DNA of 64,000 nt, from positions 6,200,001-6,264,000 of the forward strand of contig CAVNZM010000014.1 of NCBI GenBank assembly GCA_963693365.1, written 5' to 3'. Below, in pieces: positions 62,096 to 64,000 of the stretch. How positions within the stretch are numbered: the stretch's first letter is position 1; each line of letters opens with the position of its first letter. Under the pieces are notes generated by a model. The model saw only the letters and a list, made by a program, of their open reading frames with translations. It was not told the DNA's origin and made no database searches. The DNA is from Amoebidium appalachense (Eukaryota > Protista > Ichthyosporea). A program made the position numbers and the translations under genes.

Positions 62096-62726
62096 GGGGG
62101 GAAGCAGGGGGTTATGGCGGGCGAGAGGGGTGGGAGCAGGGGAAGAAGCAAGCAAGGGGTGAGGGAGGGAGGGAGAGACGGAGACAGGGAAGGGAAAGGG
62201 AGGGAGGAAGAGAGGGAGAAAGGAAGGAGGGAGGAAAGGGAGAGTGAAGAGACAGGGAAAGAGGAAGACAAAAAAGGGGAGGTAACGGAGAGAAGCAAGA
62301 GAGTTGACAGAGACAGAGATTGGGAAAGCACATACTTTCATCACGATTGGGGAGAATTCGCAGCGAAAAGTGTGACAAGCTTGCTCAACTAAGTCATGCA
62401 GTACGCGCCGGCGTATCGCCTTTAGAACCCAACGACTACGGCAAACACGAGGTGAAAGAAGAAAGTGATCCGTCACCCGAGCTCGCTCAGTGCACGCGAA
62501 AGTAGGGGTTATCTCACCTGGTCACACGGAGACCTCTCTTGCGGTGTGCTGTTCGTTCCGGCTCTGTGCAGCGGGAACTTCTTGAAAAAAGAAAACAAAC
62601 CGTGAAAGTGTCAACTTTGGCAAGGCTTATACACTATTTATTGCTGTGGACACTGTCGGGGGCAAGACCAATATGAAAACCCCGGGCCAATATAGAGTTA
62701 GTCTTGTCTTACATCAGATACCCTTA

Positions 62727-63305
62727 CTGGTGACGTACTATTTCTGCATGCTCAATCTTCCTCATCAATCATTCATGGCTCCCTCTCTCCATCTCTCTCA
62801 GCTTTCTCTCTCTGTGTCCCCCCCCCCCCCCCCCAACACACACACACACACACACACACGTTTTTGGCCAAAAGTGTCTTAATGCGCGAGGTGTATCCAT
62901 ACCAAGGCATTCTAGACCAAGCAAAGACTTATGATGCCGAGACATCGGTTCATTCAATCAACTACGAACACACACCAGCGATCTGTTTTCCTCAGATTGA
63001 AGAGAAAATTAAAGCCTGCACCTATTTAGCTACCATCACAGTGTTTGTTTCTTTAACGGCCACACCCACCAAAGGATCCCATGCATAGTCGAGCGAGATC
63101 TTCTGTCTGAAGGATGCCCAACCGTTCCCATGGTTGGGCGCGGTTAAGGAAAACAAGGGGGTTGGCACCAACAGGTGTTAAGTGCTGTTGTGGGCGAAAA
63201 ACCATTTGTCCTCCGATTGAAAGTGCCGGCGTCTGGAAAGATAAGAAAACCTGCCTTCAATATCACCAGAAAGGCAGTGTGGCAACGTGATTTTAGCTCG
63301 AGCGC
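62727..63305. repeat. Right arm of a long inverted repeat
   Basis: Matches 58672-59354 inverted. It lacks a ~55-bp segment (~59275-59330) and a 6-bp segment near 58877, and has a shorter C-run. Confidence 0.93.
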
Positions 63306-63323
63306 GAGCCCAGGAAAGAAGAA

Positions 63324-63422
<99 letters not shown>

Positions 63423-63637
63423 CGTACACAAACACACACACACGTGCACACACACTAGTAGGGTACGAGCACAGCAGCTTCGTGAAGCTGTGACTTGAAG
63501 TCACATGTGCACCTCTCTGCAGAAAAAATCGCCACACACATGCAGGTATACACATACACGCACACAATCATACACGCAAGTGTGACTTTAATATACATGC
63601 ACAAGCATTCAATGGCATGTAAGCACCACAATCACGA

Positions 63638-63706
<69 letters not shown>

Positions 63707-63746
63707 GTGTGCAACCACACACACTGTAGCACACACACACACACAT

Positions 63747-63792
<46 letters not shown>

Positions 63793-63842
63793 TAGCACAC
63801 ACACATGCACACACGCACACACACACACACACACACACACGT

Positions 63843-63904
<62 letters not shown>

Positions 63905-64000
63905 TACACACATACACACACAACACACCCACCCACGTGCACACACCGTGTGTGTACACACACTGACACACATACACACGTGTCACACACACACACACAC

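Overview
This is eukaryotic, extremely intron-rich DNA, and most of the six-frame ORFs are artefacts of (CA)n, (GA)n and poly-C/G tracts. I reconstructed three spliced genes by hand from GT-AG junctions with consistent phase. (1) A 5-exon, ~393-aa Ser/Thr kinase on the minus strand (7848-13834). (2) Head-to-head with it, a ~48-exon TONSL (Tonsoku-like) gene on the plus strand (14948-58459) with TPR-ankyrin-UBL-LRR architecture. (3) A 3-exon, 188-aa coiled-coil protein with a fungal-style Mug135-like C-terminus on the minus strand (59696-61465), enclosed by a ~0.6-0.7 kb inverted repeat. Mobile elements with clear ends are: a 366-bp LTR mini-retrotransposon (TRIM), a 3.2-kb defective hAT transposon, two TA-flanked non-autonomous TIR elements, and two ~260-bp TTAA-ACCAA foldback elements, one of which appears to have inserted without a target-site duplication. 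The most unusual signals concern the introns. Poly-C often follows donors and (CA)n often runs into acceptors on the sense strand. Different minisatellites abut 3' splice sites. Duplicated decoy acceptors lead to premature stops. A C-run-bounded ~100-bp element recurs in sense orientation. The host is not identifiable from the sequence. An ankyrin-containing TONSL and very high intron density suggest a unicellular holozoan (inference only). Exon coordinates were counted by eye and may be off by a few bases.
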